NCBI GenBank assembly: GCA_918244965.1 | Contig: CAKJYC010000021.1 | Span: forward strand, 14,619 to 78,618 | Source of the DNA: Clostridiales bacterium | GTDB lineage: Bacteria; Bacillota; Clostridia; Christensenellales; CAG-138 | Direction of reading: 5' to 3' | DNA length: 64,000 bases | In this document: positions 53,232 through 63,566 of the stretch, one piece after another | Layout of the letters: each line of letters opens with the position of its first letter | Position numbering within the stretch: position 1 is the stretch's first letter | Position numbers and translations under genes: made by a program | Notes under the pieces: model-generated | The model's input: the letters and a program-made list of their open reading frames with translations, nothing else | Database searches by the model: none | Told to the model about the DNA's origin: nothing

Positions 53232-55901
53232 TCAGTTGAACGTGACCGTTTCGGTCCAGAACTCGTTGCCGTACATGTCGGTCAGACAGTAGTTGACGTC
53301 GCATTCGAGGTCGCCGAGATCCATATAGCCGACGGTCAGACTGCTGCCGACGGTGATCTGCTTGCCGTACAGATAGCTGGCGTCGTACGAGCCGTCCGCT
53401 GAATAGCAGTCGAAGATGAAGTCGATCTTATCGCCTTTGTTCAATGCGATAAAGCCCTTGGACAGCGTCGGCGTTTCGGATTCGTCATAGACCGGCTGCA
53501 CGCCTGCGACATAGCCGTATTCGTGTTCCTCCGTCTCGTTGTCTGCAACGATGAACATGTAATAGCGTTCTCCGTTCAGAAGGATCGGCACATAACCGAC
53601 CTCCGCCCAGTTCTTTCCGTCCTCGACATATTCCATGAAGTAGTACGCGACGACCTGCCCGTTGACCGTCATCCATGTGTTGTCGAACTTGATCCGAAGA
53701 TCACCGTCTGCATTGTACATCCCTTCCCCGTTGGCGTCGAGCATATTTGCATTGCCCATGCCGAGGTCGACGTAGTGATCGCCTTCTTTTGCGAACACGT
53801 TGATCCGGACGTTCTTGACGAGGCTCCACTGGTCCTTGGTCAGCGACAGAACCCACTCGTCGTTCTTCTCCTCGATTTGCATATCTGCAACGGTCAGGGT
53901 GTTTTTGTCGTAGTAGTCCCTGTTGGCAAGCACGCGTCCCGAATCGAACCAGCTGTCATAGCCGCCGCCGAGAATGCTGCCGAGGAAGTCATCTGCGCCG
54001 GAGCCGTAGGACGTGCCGCCGAACAGAGAGGACGCGTCGCCGAACAGAGAGGACATCGGATCGCTGCTGCTTGCGCCGCCGCCGAGCAGCGTGCCGAGTA
54101 CGTCGCTTGACGAGTATGTGTAACTGCCGTAATCGCCGAACAGCGAACCGAACGGAGAGCTCGACGTGCCGCCCGTCGCGATCTGACCGCCCGCAGCAAG
54201 ACTTGCAAAGCTCTTGATGCAGCGCGAGTAGTCGCCGGAGATCCCGATGTTGTCATACAGCGAGACTGCGGCGTTCATGTTCTTGAAGCTCGAATACGGG
54301 AAGTAGATCGAAAGGCCGTTCGAGTTCTTCATGGAGACCGACGTCCGGTTGTACTTGACGCACCCCGACAGCGCTTTGGAGAGCGCTTTCGCCTTGGAGC
54401 TTCCGAGACGGTTTGCAAAGTCGATCAGGTCAATGTGATTGACCTTCGACGACGTACCGAATTCACGCGCATCGGCGCGGGCGTCGGCGATCTGGGCGTA
54501 ATCCGATTGATCGAGCTTGTCGGAGATCTCCCCGGAGAACGCGTTGAACGCATCCGGAACCGTTCCCGCAAATTCTGCAAGGTCGACGATAGACAGCGTC
54601 GTGTTGCAGCCGGGATAGTTCTTTTTGCTGACGTTGGTGAAATCGTCGATCAGCGTCTTGCTTAGCTCAACGGTGGAGATGGACGGATTCGCGGACAGCT
54701 TCGTGAGCCAGTTGGTATAATACCATCCGGTGCCGGGCTCCGCTTCCTCGGAGGCGATCAGATAGTCCGCATACTGTTCGGACACGACCGCCGTCTCGAA
54801 TGTTGCCATCAGACAGGCATCGAAACCGATGAAGTCGAACTTCACGCCGCCCTTCTTAAGCGCGGAATTGAGTTTGTCCAGCGTCATTGAGCCGCTTGAT
54901 GTCTGATCATAGCCGTAGCCGGTGATCGCGCCGCCGCCGTGGTCCCACATGATCAGCATGTAGCGGTTCGCCGGATACTTTTCAGCGCAGAATTTGATAA
55001 AGTCGATCAGCGTGTTGGGATCGACCATGCTTCTCTTGCCGACGTTGTCGTTCAGGATCTGGAGACCGCGGCTTGTTACGCGATAGCGCTGATTCGTTTT
55101 ATTCGAGATCACGCTGTTGTTCCACTTCTTTGCGCCGCCCGTTTCGACGATGATGTTCACATGCTCGTCGTCAAGGTTTGCGTGCAGCATCTCGTTCAGG
55201 TCCGCTGTTGCCATGCTGTGTTCGCTCTCAAGATCGCTGCCACACAGATAGACCATGACGGTGACCGTGTCCTTGCCGTTCCCTTTGATCGTGGTATAAC
55301 GGCTGCGCGCTTTGTTGGATACCGTGTTGTTGACCTGCTGCGACGAGGTGCTTGCCGTAATCGCAGCGGGCGCATTGTTGTCGGTATCGTCAAAGCTGAC
55401 TGCCTGATTGAAGGACTGCAGGACCGTGCTTGACGGGATCGTATCGCCGATGCCCAGATTCTCCGTAACACTGCTCTCTTCTCCGCCGAACAGATCGGTT
55501 GCCGCACAGGATTTGCCGCCGATCACACAGCGGATCAGGAAGAAGATCGCAACTGCGACGAGGATCAGCAAAAGGATCTTGCCGGTCTTGCTGCCGAAGA
55601 GACTTCCGAGACCGCCTGCCGCACCGGAGCTGCTGCTCTGCGAGCCGTTGCTTTGCGAGCTGCCCTGCGATCCGCCGAAGAACGGGATATTGATGCCCGG
55701 ACGGTTTGTGCCGGACGACCCGGATCCGGTCTGATCCGAGCTGCCGGTCGGCTTTGTGCCGCCGAACTGCGTTCTTCTGCCCTGATAGGCATCCTTTCTG
55801 CCGACGGGGCCGTTCGTCTGCACCGGATTGTCGCTGCGGCGGTTCAGACTTCCCGTACCGGACAGGACGCGTTTTTTGCGATTGTTGCCAGAGTTCTCCA
55901 T
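53232..55901 (-). CDS. membrane-anchored clostripain-family (C11) cysteine peptidase with large C-terminal extension
   Basis: His and Cys contexts MWDHGGG and GFDACLMA. N-terminal ~110-aa G/S/N/Q-rich segment, then one TM helix. GGGAGG SD. Confidence 0.78.
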   Translation of the reverse strand: MENSGNNRKKRVLSGTGSLNRRSDNPVQTNGPVGRKDAYQGRRTQFGGTKPTGSSDQTGSGSSGTNRPGINIPFFGGSQGSSQSNGSQSSSSGAAGGLGSLFGSKTGKILLLILVAVAIFFLIRCVIGGKSCAATDLFGGEESSVTENLGIGDTIPSSTVLQSFNQAVSFDDTDNNAPAAITASTSSQQVNNTVSNKARSRYTTIKGNGKDTVTVMVYLCGSDLESEHSMATADLNEMLHANLDDEHVNIIVETGGAKKWNNSVISNKTNQRYRVTSRGLQILNDNVGKRSMVDPNTLIDFIKFCAEKYPANRYMLIMWDHGGGAITGYGYDQTSSGSMTLDKLNSALKKGGVKFDFIGFDACLMATFETAVVSEQYADYLIASEEAEPGTGWYYTNWLTKLSANPSISTVELSKTLIDDFTNVSKKNYPGCNTTLSIVDLAEFAGTVPDAFNAFSGEISDKLDQSDYAQIADARADAREFGTSSKVNHIDLIDFANRLGSSKAKALSKALSGCVKYNRTSVSMKNSNGLSIYFPYSSFKNMNAAVSLYDNIGISGDYSRCIKSFASLAAGGQIATGGTSSSPFGSLFGDYGSYTYSSSDVLGTLLGGGASSSDPMSSLFGDASSLFGGTSYGSGADDFLGSILGGGYDSWFDSGRVLANRDYYDKNTLTVADMQIEEKNDEWVLSLTKDQWSLVKNVRINVFAKEGDHYVDLGMGNANMLDANGEGMYNADGDLRIKFDNTWMTVNGQVVAYYFMEYVEDGKNWAEVGYVPILLNGERYYMFIVADNETEEHEYGYVAGVQPVYDESETPTLSKGFIALNKGDKIDFIFDCYSADGSYDASYLYGKQITVGSSLTVGYMDLGDLECDVNYCLTDMYGNEFWTETVTFN

Positions 55902-55965
55902 AGTTATTCCTCCCTTTGGATGCCTCTATTATACCAAACTTCGACAGAAAGAAAAGACTTTTTTT

Positions 55966-56002
55966 ATACAAAAACAAGCCCGAAGGGAAATCCCCTCCGG
56001 GC
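55966..56002 (-). terminator. intrinsic terminator after gap
   Basis: Minus strand reads GCCCGGAGGGG-ATTT-CCCTTCGGGC plus TTGTTTTTG. Confidence 0.7.
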
Positions 56003-56019
56003 GTGCTGTGTAATTGCTT

Positions 56020-57087
56020 TTACTGCAGCTCTGCGAAGTACTTGATGGTGCGGACCATCTGGCTCGTGTAGCTGTTCTCGTTGTCGTACCAGGACACGAC
56101 CTGCACCTGCCAGGTGTCGTCGTCGATCTTTTGGACCATGGTCTGGTTCGCATCGAACAGCGAGCCGTAGGTCATGCCGATGATGTCGGAGGAAACGAGC
56201 TTTTCGGTGGTGTAGCCGAAGGATTCGCTCGCCTGCGCCTTCATGGCTGCGTTGACTGCTTCCTTGGTGACGTCCTTGCCCTTGACGACCGCAACGAGGA
56301 TCGTGGTGGAGCCAGTGGCGACCGGGACGCGCTGTGCGGAACCGATCAGCTTGCCGTTGAGCTCCGGAATGACGAGGCCGATCGCCTTCGCAGCGCCGGT
56401 GCTGTTCGGAACGATGTTCGCTGCGCCTGCGCGTGCACGCTGCAGATCGCCCTTGCGATGCGGACCGTCGAGGATCATCTGATCGCCGGTGTATGCGTGG
56501 ACCGTAGTCATGATGCCGGAAACGATCGGGAAGTTATCGTTCAGCGCCTTGGTCATCGGTGCGAGGCAGTTGGTGGTGCAGCTTGCCGCAGAGATGATCT
56601 TGTCTTCCTTGGTCAGGATGCCGTTGTTGACATTGAATACGATGGTGGGCAGATCGTTGCCTGCGGGCGCGGAAATGACGACCTTCTTTGCGCCTGCGTC
56701 AATGTGCGCCTGCGCCTTGGCCTTGCTGGTATAGAAGCCGGTGCACTCAAGCACGACGTCGACATGCAGCTTCTTCCACGGCAGGTTCTGCGCCTTCGGC
56801 TCTGCATAGATCGGGATCTCCTTGCCGTCCACAATGATGGCGCCGGGGACCTTCACGGTCTTGCCGTCCTCTTCAAACTCCGGTTCCTTGGACGCAACGG
56901 TGTGCTTGTTCTCACCGATCACGCCGCAGTAACCCTTCTGCGCGGTATCGTACTTCAGAAGATGCGCCAGCATCGCCGGGCTGGTCAGGTCGTTGATCGC
57001 GACGATCTTATAGCCCTTTGCGCCGAACATCTGACGGAACGCAAGACGGCCGATGCGGCCGAAACCGTTAATTGCAACTCTTACCAT
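56020..57087 (-). CDS. gap: type I glyceraldehyde-3-phosphate dehydrogenase
   Basis: INGFGRIGR Rossmann motif and SCTTNCLAP active site. AGGAGG SD. Confidence 0.96.
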   Translation of the reverse strand: MVRVAINGFGRIGRLAFRQMFGAKGYKIVAINDLTSPAMLAHLLKYDTAQKGYCGVIGENKHTVASKEPEFEEDGKTVKVPGAIIVDGKEIPIYAEPKAQNLPWKKLHVDVVLECTGFYTSKAKAQAHIDAGAKKVVISAPAGNDLPTIVFNVNNGILTKEDKIISAASCTTNCLAPMTKALNDNFPIVSGIMTTVHAYTGDQMILDGPHRKGDLQRARAGAANIVPNSTGAAKAIGLVIPELNGKLIGSAQRVPVATGSTTILVAVVKGKDVTKEAVNAAMKAQASESFGYTTEKLVSSDIIGMTYGSLFDANQTMVQKIDDDTWQVQVVSWYDNENSYTSQMVRTIKYFAELQ

Positions 57088-57177
57088 ATAGATAAACCTC
57101 CTGTTTTTGAGTTCAACTAATCATATACTAAATTGCGTCAAATTGCAAGTGCTTCCATACAATATCTGCGTAAAAAG

Positions 57178-58572
57178 TTAGTTGATGACCTCGTAAAAAC
57201 CGATATCAATGTTGCTGTTTACCGTTATTGTATAGGAAAACACATAATACCCGGTCGATCCGGATGTCGGCGAAGTAAAATGCCGTTCCGCCGAAGAGGG
57301 CGTTCCTTCGAAAAATCCTTCGGTAGAAATGGCGTATTTCGAAGTGATCGTGATCTTCGTCCCGGCCGGGACCTTTCCGGACGACGCGTTATGATAGCCC
57401 CCGCCGGAGAAAGTGCAGCTATAGAGCTTGATGCTGTACATCTTAGACGTCGGTTCCTCCGTCGGTTCGGGCGTCGCTTCCTGTGTCGGCTCATCTGTCG
57501 GGTCCGTCGTCAGTCGCGCGAATCCGCGCGTATCGTATGTACGCCCGGATGCGTCCGTCCAGCACGCAAAGACTCTGCACGGGATCGGATGCTTCCAGTC
57601 GCGGTCTTCCATAGATTCTCCCGGCGGGATCACCGGGAAGAAATCGAAGAAGGTGACCGCGTCAATGATATTGCCGTCCGTATCGCACCAGCCGGCAAAC
57701 GTCAGGCCTTCGCGTTCGGGCGTCGGGAACGGCGCAAGATACACCAGTCCCTCCGATTCGTTCAGGAACCCCACGTAATAATCTCCGAACAGGTCTTCGT
57801 CGTAGAACTCAAGGTGGAACCGGTTGGGCTCCTTCGCCAGCCATACGGCGTATACGTTCGTCTGATAGATGTCCTCGATGCTCTTCGGAACGATTTGCAG
57901 ATCTTCCGCCGTCAGTTTGTTGTCTTTCAGCGCGACCGAACCGATCAAATGCGGCGTATCGCCCTCCTCATGCAATCCGTAGAGATATGCAAAGCCGTCA
58001 TACTTCAGCAGAACATAGCCGTACGGCGTATAGTTGGTCAGCGTCGGCAGCGTCGGCAGCTCGACCTCGGTAAACGTCGCGGCGTCAAACGTATCTTCAA
58101 ACAGGATCTCACCCGGATCCTCGCCCTTTTCCACCGTCCAATACACAATGCCGGAATAGACCGTCAAGTGAATCTTTCCGGTCATCGGCGTCGGTGTAGG
58201 CTCCGGCGTATGCACAGGCTCCGGCGTCGGTGTCGATACGGGCAACGGCGTCATTGTCGGGATTGCCGTAGCTTCGGTCGTTTCAAACGGCGACGGCGTC
58301 ACTTCGGATACTGCGGGAGGCGTCGCGGTCGCTGTAGGTTCCACCTCTGCGGACGGATTCAGCCGAACGATCGGCGTAATGACGCCGAGCGTTATAATGC
58401 CGATCGAGGCAAGATACAGCATGACCTTGCGCATCATGGAAGGCTTTCTGACCGACGGCTTTTTTTCTTTGGGAAAACGGTTGAACTCATCCGGAGGCGG
58501 TGTGATCTCACCGTCTCTGTCGATCCGGAAATCCGGCGGTATCTGGTTCAGCTCGTCAATGCTTTTTCTCAT
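57178..58572 (-). CDS. membrane-anchored surface protein with Pro/Thr linkers and a Listeria-Bacteroides (InlB B-type) repeat
   Basis: N-terminal cytoplasmic segment plus TM (VMLYLASIGIITLGVI). TPEPTPTP linkers. ...GLTFAGWCDTDGN...FACW repeat signature. Start overlaps the mscS stop by 4 nt. Confidence 0.6.
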   Translation of the reverse strand: MRKSIDELNQIPPDFRIDRDGEITPPPDEFNRFPKEKKPSVRKPSMMRKVMLYLASIGIITLGVITPIVRLNPSAEVEPTATATPPAVSEVTPSPFETTEATAIPTMTPLPVSTPTPEPVHTPEPTPTPMTGKIHLTVYSGIVYWTVEKGEDPGEILFEDTFDAATFTEVELPTLPTLTNYTPYGYVLLKYDGFAYLYGLHEEGDTPHLIGSVALKDNKLTAEDLQIVPKSIEDIYQTNVYAVWLAKEPNRFHLEFYDEDLFGDYYVGFLNESEGLVYLAPFPTPEREGLTFAGWCDTDGNIIDAVTFFDFFPVIPPGESMEDRDWKHPIPCRVFACWTDASGRTYDTRGFARLTTDPTDEPTQEATPEPTEEPTSKMYSIKLYSCTFSGGGYHNASSGKVPAGTKITITSKYAISTEGFFEGTPSSAERHFTSPTSGSTGYYVFSYTITVNSNIDIGFYEVIN

Positions 58573-59468
58573 TTCTGATGCAGATCAAGCTGCGGGAACG
58601 GCACCTCGACGCCGAGCTCACGCATGCCGAGCAGCAGGTCGTGGTTCAATACACGCGAACCCATATAGATATCGCCCTCCGCGACCTCCACGATGAACCG
58701 CAGCAGGATCGCGCTGTCGTCGAGCTTGTCAACGCCGAGATACTCCGGAACACTGCGCATCAAGGGCTGATTATCCTCGTAAATCTTTTTCAGAAGATCC
58801 GGAATCTTCTTTTCAAGCTCGGCCAGATTCGTTTCATACGGGATCGGGAACTCCGAGACAGATTTGGACGAGTTGTCCGAACGGTTCAGGATATTCTTCA
58901 TATCCGAATTGTTGATGATCTTCACGTTTCCGCCGACGTCGGTCAGAACGGTCGAACGGACGTTGATCTCCGTAACGGTGCCGCGGAATCCTTCGACCTC
59001 GATGATGTCGCCGATGTTATACTGATTGTCGATCAGGATAAACATGCCGGTTACGATGTCGGCGATCAGGCTCTCTGCGCCGAAGCCTATAATCAGAGCC
59101 AAGATTCCGAGACCGGCAAGGATCGTCACGATATCGACGTTGAACATAGTCAGGATCACGCAGACCGCCGCCAGAATGACCGCATAGCGAAGCATGTTCT
59201 TCGCCAGTGAGATCAGTGTGCGCGCGCGATTGTTTTTCGGCTTCGGAAGGCACAGCAGAAACATCAGAATGCCGTCGGCCGCAAACATAATGAACAGGAT
59301 CAGGAAGCCGCGAAGCACCGCTTTCCCGTCCAGCTGAAACTTCGGCGTTTCGGTAAAGAGACCGACATGCTTTCCGACGAAGTATACGATCACGGCGATG
59401 ACCGCAAACACGGCGGCACGAATCAATGCTCTGTATTTTTTGACTGCCCGATTGGTTTTGGATTTCAT
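58569..59468 (-). CDS. mechanosensitive ion channel (MscS family)
   Basis: Three TM helices followed by the ...IGDIIEVEGFRGTVTEINVRSTVL... beta-domain motif. AAGGAGG SD before ATG 59468. Confidence 0.85.
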   Translation of the reverse strand: MKSKTNRAVKKYRALIRAAVFAVIAVIVYFVGKHVGLFTETPKFQLDGKAVLRGFLILFIMFAADGILMFLLCLPKPKNNRARTLISLAKNMLRYAVILAAVCVILTMFNVDIVTILAGLGILALIIGFGAESLIADIVTGMFILIDNQYNIGDIIEVEGFRGTVTEINVRSTVLTDVGGNVKIINNSDMKNILNRSDNSSKSVSEFPIPYETNLAELEKKIPDLLKKIYEDNQPLMRSVPEYLGVDKLDDSAILLRFIVEVAEGDIYMGSRVLNHDLLLGMRELGVEVPFPQLDLHQK

Positions 59469-59543
59469 CAACAGGTCCTCCTTGTTTGATGCAAATAATA
59501 TAAAACTATATCCTCTGTGCAAAGGTCTGTCAAGATTGCGTGT

Positions 59544-60491
59544 TTACGCCTTCTCGTCCGTGTTCAGCGACTCGGCAACGATATAAAGCGGACGATCCTT
59601 GAGTTCGTCGTACATGCGGCCGAGATACATGCCCTGTATGCCGACAAAGCAGAACAGCAGCGCAAAGAGCAGCGTTCCGCCCACAGCCGCCCAAAGCCAC
59701 TGCGGGCACGCGCTGCCGAAGATCGCGGTCAGCACGATCATGGTGATCAGTCCGAGCACGCCGAGGAATCCGAGTCCGATCCCGATCCCGAACGGAAGCT
59801 CCAGCGGCTTCGAGGAGAAGTTGAAGATGCCGTCGCACGCCAGTTTGATCATCTTTTTCAGCGTGTATTTTGTTTTGCCGGCCGCGCGTTCGTCGCGCAC
59901 GTATTCGATCGGCACCGCTTCAAAGCCCATCCAGGCGGACATGCCGCGAAGGAACCTTGCCTGCTCGCGCATCTTCAGAAAGACGTTTGCAACCTTACGG
60001 TCCAGCAGCCGGAAATCGCCGGTGTCGAGCGGGATCGGGTACGCGCTCATCGAGGACAGAAGCCGGTAATAGAGCTTGGCTGTCAGCTTTTTGAATATCG
60101 TCTCGCCCTTGCGCTTCAGCCGCTTTCCGTAGACGATATCCGCACCGTCTTTCCACATGGCGACCATCTTCGGGATCAACTCCGGCGGATCCTGCAGATC
60201 GACGTCGATGATGATCAGCGCATCGCCCTTTGCGTGATCCATACCGCAGGTGACCGCCAGCTGGTGTCCGAAGTTTCGTGAGAAGGAATAGACCTTTACC
60301 GTATCCGGATGCTCCTTTGCAAGCTGACGGAGTTGCTTCATCGTGCCGTCGCGGCTGCCGTCGTTCACATAGATGATCTCGTACGGATGCCCGGTCGACT
60401 GCATGGCGGCATCCATGCGCCGATAGGATTCCATCAGGACTTCTTCTTCATAGTATACGGGAATGATCAGAGAAAGCAGCTTTTCCGCCAT
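59544..60491 (-). CDS. family 2 glycosyltransferase (polyprenol-phosphate sugar transferase, GtrB/ArnC-like)
   Basis: LSLIIPVYYEE, YVNDGSRDGT and IIDVDLQDPPE motifs, plus two C-terminal TM helices. GGAGG SD before ATG 60491. Confidence 0.82.
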   Translation of the reverse strand: MAEKLLSLIIPVYYEEEVLMESYRRMDAAMQSTGHPYEIIYVNDGSRDGTMKQLRQLAKEHPDTVKVYSFSRNFGHQLAVTCGMDHAKGDALIIIDVDLQDPPELIPKMVAMWKDGADIVYGKRLKRKGETIFKKLTAKLYYRLLSSMSAYPIPLDTGDFRLLDRKVANVFLKMREQARFLRGMSAWMGFEAVPIEYVRDERAAGKTKYTLKKMIKLACDGIFNFSSKPLELPFGIGIGLGFLGVLGLITMIVLTAIFGSACPQWLWAAVGGTLLFALLFCFVGIQGMYLGRMYDELKDRPLYIVAESLNTDEKA

Positions 60492-60543
60492 CGTAGCCTC
60501 CGTCAAATATTGATAGAATCAGTATAAACCAAAAAAGTTTCAG

Positions 60544-60572
60544 TTGCAATTCCTTTTTCCCGGATATATAAT
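60544..60572 (+). promoter_or_regulatory. sigma-A type promoter for fba (TTGCAA-N17-TATAAT)
   Basis: Read directly. Confidence 0.6.
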
Positions 60573-60604
60573 AATACCGAAATCTGTACAAAGGAGATTT
60601 TGCT

Positions 60605-61588
60605 ATGGCAATCGTAACAAGTACCGAAATGTTCAAGAAGGCATATGCGGGCGGATACGCCATCGGCGCGTTCAATGTCAACAACATGGAGATCATCCAG
60701 GGCATTACCGCGGCGGCGATCCAGGAACGTGCTCCCCTGATCCTGCAGGTATCGAAGGGCGCACGTGCGTACGCAAACCACATCTACCTTATGAAGCTGA
60801 TCGAAGCGGCGATCGAGGACGCCGAACAGAACGCGGGCTTTGACCTGCCGATCTGCGTCCATCTGGACCACGGCGACAGCTTCGAGCTGTGCAAGAGCTG
60901 CATCGACGGCGGCTTTACCTCCGTCATGATCGATAAATCCGGTCTGCCGCTCAAAGAAAACATCGCCATCACCAAGCAGGTCGTCGAATACGCGCACGAT
61001 CACGGCGTCGTGGTCGAAGCTGAGCTCGGCACGCTCGCCGGCGTCGAAGACGAGGTCAATGTATCCGCAGAGGATTCCTCCTATACGCATCCGGATGATG
61101 TGCAGGAATTCGTCGAGAGCACCGGCTGCGACTCGCTGGCGATCGCGATCGGCACGAGCCACGGCGCATACAAGTTCACCGCGGCACAGTGCACGCGCAA
61201 CGAACAGGGCCTGCTCGTTCCCCCGCCCCTTCGCTTCGACATTCTGCGCGAAGTCGAAAAGCGTCTGCCCGGCTTCCCGATCGTTCTGCACGGTTCCTCC
61301 TCCGTTCCGCAGGAGTTCGTCAAGATCATCAACGAGAACGGCGGAAAGATGCCCGATGCGGTCGGTATCCCCGAAGAACAGCTTCGTGAAGCTGCGCGCA
61401 TGGCCGTCTGCAAGATCAACATCGACAGCGATCTGCGCCTTGCAATGACCGCCTGCATCCGTCAGTACTTCAACGAGCATCCGGATCACTTCGATCCGCG
61501 CCAGTACCTGAAGCCCGCACGCGCCGCCATCCAGAAGATGGTCCAGCACAAGCTGGTCGACGTGCTCGGCTGCAACGGCAAGGCATAA
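60605..61588 (+). CDS. fba: class II fructose-1,6-bisphosphate aldolase
   Basis: ...YAIGAFNVNNME..., VHLDHG and LHGSSS motifs. AAGGAG SD. Confidence 0.95.
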   Translation: MAIVTSTEMFKKAYAGGYAIGAFNVNNMEIIQGITAAAIQERAPLILQVSKGARAYANHIYLMKLIEAAIEDAEQNAGFDLPICVHLDHGDSFELCKSCIDGGFTSVMIDKSGLPLKENIAITKQVVEYAHDHGVVVEAELGTLAGVEDEVNVSAEDSSYTHPDDVQEFVESTGCDSLAIAIGTSHGAYKFTAAQCTRNEQGLLVPPPLRFDILREVEKRLPGFPIVLHGSSSVPQEFVKIINENGGKMPDAVGIPEEQLREAARMAVCKINIDSDLRLAMTACIRQYFNEHPDHFDPRQYLKPARAAIQKMVQHKLVDVLGCNGKA

Positions 61589-61604
61589 GCCACAGCATTC
61601 ATTT

Positions 61605-61637
61605 GCCCGGTCCGAACAACGGATCGGGCGTTTTTTT
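61605..61637 (+). terminator. intrinsic terminator after fba
   Basis: GCCCGGTCCG-AACAA-CGGATCGGGC plus TTTTTTT. Confidence 0.85.
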
Positions 61638-61716
61638 GCTATCCGCATTGCGTTTTACATCCGCATAAAACACCGGTTTAACCGTATACTAACCGAAAAA
61701 CAGCAGCAGGTGGAAT

Positions 61717-62511
61717 ATGCAGCGGAAAAGAAAAACAGTCGGCGTCGCATTGGGCTCCGGCGGTATGCGCGGGATCGCGCACATCGGCGTCTTGCAGGTA
61801 TTGGAAGAAGCAAACATTTCGATCGACCTCGTCTCCGGCGCGTCGGTCGGCGCGTTCGTCGGCGCCGCATACGCAGCGGAGATGGACTTGTATGCGCTCG
61901 GATCTTTCGCCGTACAGCTTCGCAAAAAGGATGTGCTAGACACGCCGAATCCGTTCCGCGCAGGCGTTTTTTCCGGAAAGAAGTTCAAAAAGCTCTGCAG
62001 CATCGTCACGGCTGACCGCCCGTTTTCGGAAACATCCGTTCCCTTCTGGTGCTCGGCCGTCGATCTTTGCACCGGGCGGACGGACTATCTGCACGAGGGC
62101 CGGCTTTCCGACGCCGTGCGCGCAAGCATTGCGATCCCCGGACTGCTTTCGCCCGTTTCCCTGAACGGTAAAACCTACATCGACGGCGGCACGGTCGAAG
62201 CGGTGCCGGTCGACATCCTCCGGCAGAACGGCGCAGACGTCGTGATCGGTGTCGATCTGAGCCTGTCGCCGCCCTACAAGCTGAAAAAGGTCAATCCGTA
62301 CGAGGTCGCATTCCGTTCCGTCGATATCATGCGCGCCGCGATCGACCGGCTGAAGCCGCCCGCCGCGGATATCCTGATCCGTCCCGACGTATCGTTTATG
62401 GGACGGCTCGTCCCGCATGATGCGCAAAAATGTATCTCCATCGGTCGCACCGCCGCCTTTGAAGCGCTGCCCGCAATCCGGGAATTGCTCAATCGAAACG
62501 AATCCTGTTGA
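61717..62511 (+). CDS. patatin-like phospholipase
   Basis: GSGGMRG oxyanion motif, GASVG nucleophile elbow and DGG Asp motif. Confidence 0.85.
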   Translation: MQRKRKTVGVALGSGGMRGIAHIGVLQVLEEANISIDLVSGASVGAFVGAAYAAEMDLYALGSFAVQLRKKDVLDTPNPFRAGVFSGKKFKKLCSIVTADRPFSETSVPFWCSAVDLCTGRTDYLHEGRLSDAVRASIAIPGLLSPVSLNGKTYIDGGTVEAVPVDILRQNGADVVIGVDLSLSPPYKLKKVNPYEVAFRSVDIMRAAIDRLKPPAADILIRPDVSFMGRLVPHDAQKCISIGRTAAFEALPAIRELLNRNESC

Positions 62512-62543
62512 CGCCCGATGCATAGCATTTGGCGGAGGGGTGT

Positions 62544-63566
62544 ATGAAGCTCGGATGGATCCTGCCGCTTGCCGTGTTGTTCGGACTGATCGCCGCACCA
62601 GACGCCGCATTTGCGGCCGCATCGGATGCGGCGCTTTTGTGGTGGACGCGCGTTCTGCCGTCGCTGCTGCCATACCTTGTCGCCTCGTCACTTCTGGAAC
62701 GCAGCGGGCTGTTCCTCCGTCTTCCGAAGCGAATCGCGCCATTTGCACTGCTGTTCTTCGGCGCATTGGGCGGTTATCCGGTCGGAGCAAAGTTATCGGG
62801 TCGACTGTATCGCGACGGCGCGCTGTCACTTCGTGATGTGCAGCGGACGGCAACAGTGATCAATCTTACCAATCCGGTGTTTCTGCTGTCGGTTATTGCT
62901 GCCGGTCTGTTCTCGGATGCCCGCACCGCTGCGCCGCTGCTGCTCGGCATCTACGGAACTGCGCTTCTCAGCTGTATACCGCTCTCGCGTATACGGCTGC
63001 AGACCGTTCCTGTTCCCGCACAAAAGCGCACGGTTTCCGAGCTGCCGGACGCAATATTTGACGGCGTGCGCGCGATCCTTGTCATTCTCGGGTGCATGGT
63101 CTTTGCGTCCGTGCTCAGCGCGCTCTTTGAGGCGACAGGTCTCCTCTCCGTGTTCGGTTCCGCAAGATCCGTCGCCCGCGCTGTCATGCAAGGTTTTTTT
63201 GAGCTTACGACCGGCGCGGCGTCGATCGCCGTACTTCCACTATCCCTTCCGCTGCGGCTTGCACTCGTCGCATTCTTTGTGCAGTTCGGCGGACTGTCCG
63301 TCATTCTGCAGACCGCGTCCGCGCTGCCGATCTCCGCTTTGCGCTACTGCCTCGCTCGGCTGTTGACCGCACTTGCCGCCGCGTTTGCGGTATGGCTTCT
63401 GACGCCGCTGTTCTGTCCCGATACGCCGATCCCGACCATGGCTTCCGGCGTTCAGATGCTGCAAAACGCCACGGACCTTTTCCTTGTCACGCTTTCCGCC
63501 GCCTTCGGCCTGCTGCTTGTCTTTCTCTTCACATTTATCCTGCCGCGCCGCAAACAAACGCCGTAA
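62544..63566 (+). CDS. ylbJ: sporulation integral membrane protein YlbJ-like (nucleoside-recognition/SpmA-SpmB fold)
   Basis: Polytopic membrane protein with ...WW.RVLPSLLPY... N-terminal motif. GGAGGGG SD before ATG 62544. Confidence 0.65.
   Translation: MKLGWILPLAVLFGLIAAPDAAFAAASDAALLWWTRVLPSLLPYLVASSLLERSGLFLRLPKRIAPFALLFFGALGGYPVGAKLSGRLYRDGALSLRDVQRTATVINLTNPVFLLSVIAAGLFSDARTAAPLLLGIYGTALLSCIPLSRIRLQTVPVPAQKRTVSELPDAIFDGVRAILVILGCMVFASVLSALFEATGLLSVFGSARSVARAVMQGFFELTTGAASIAVLPLSLPLRLALVAFFVQFGGLSVILQTASALPISALRYCLARLLTALAAAFAVWLLTPLFCPDTPIPTMASGVQMLQNATDLFLVTLSAAFGLLLVFLFTFILPRRKQTP

Noticed and set aside
56014-57120. 368-aa ORF antisense to gap. The same applies to 30001-31209 (opposite malQ), 60503-61648 (opposite fba), 537-1559 (opposite the racemase gene) and 35023-36102 (opposite the GNAT genes).
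   Set aside because: All lie opposite genes with diagnostic motifs, lack SDs and have low-complexity compositions. They are shadow ORFs.
57133-58578. 481-aa ORF on the plus strand opposite the surface-protein gene
   Set aside because: It is extremely Arg-rich (RRRCRLRRMHRLRRRCRYGQRRH...), being the mirror of the Pro/Thr-linker codons. The minus-strand product has a TM helix, linkers and a B-repeat signature.
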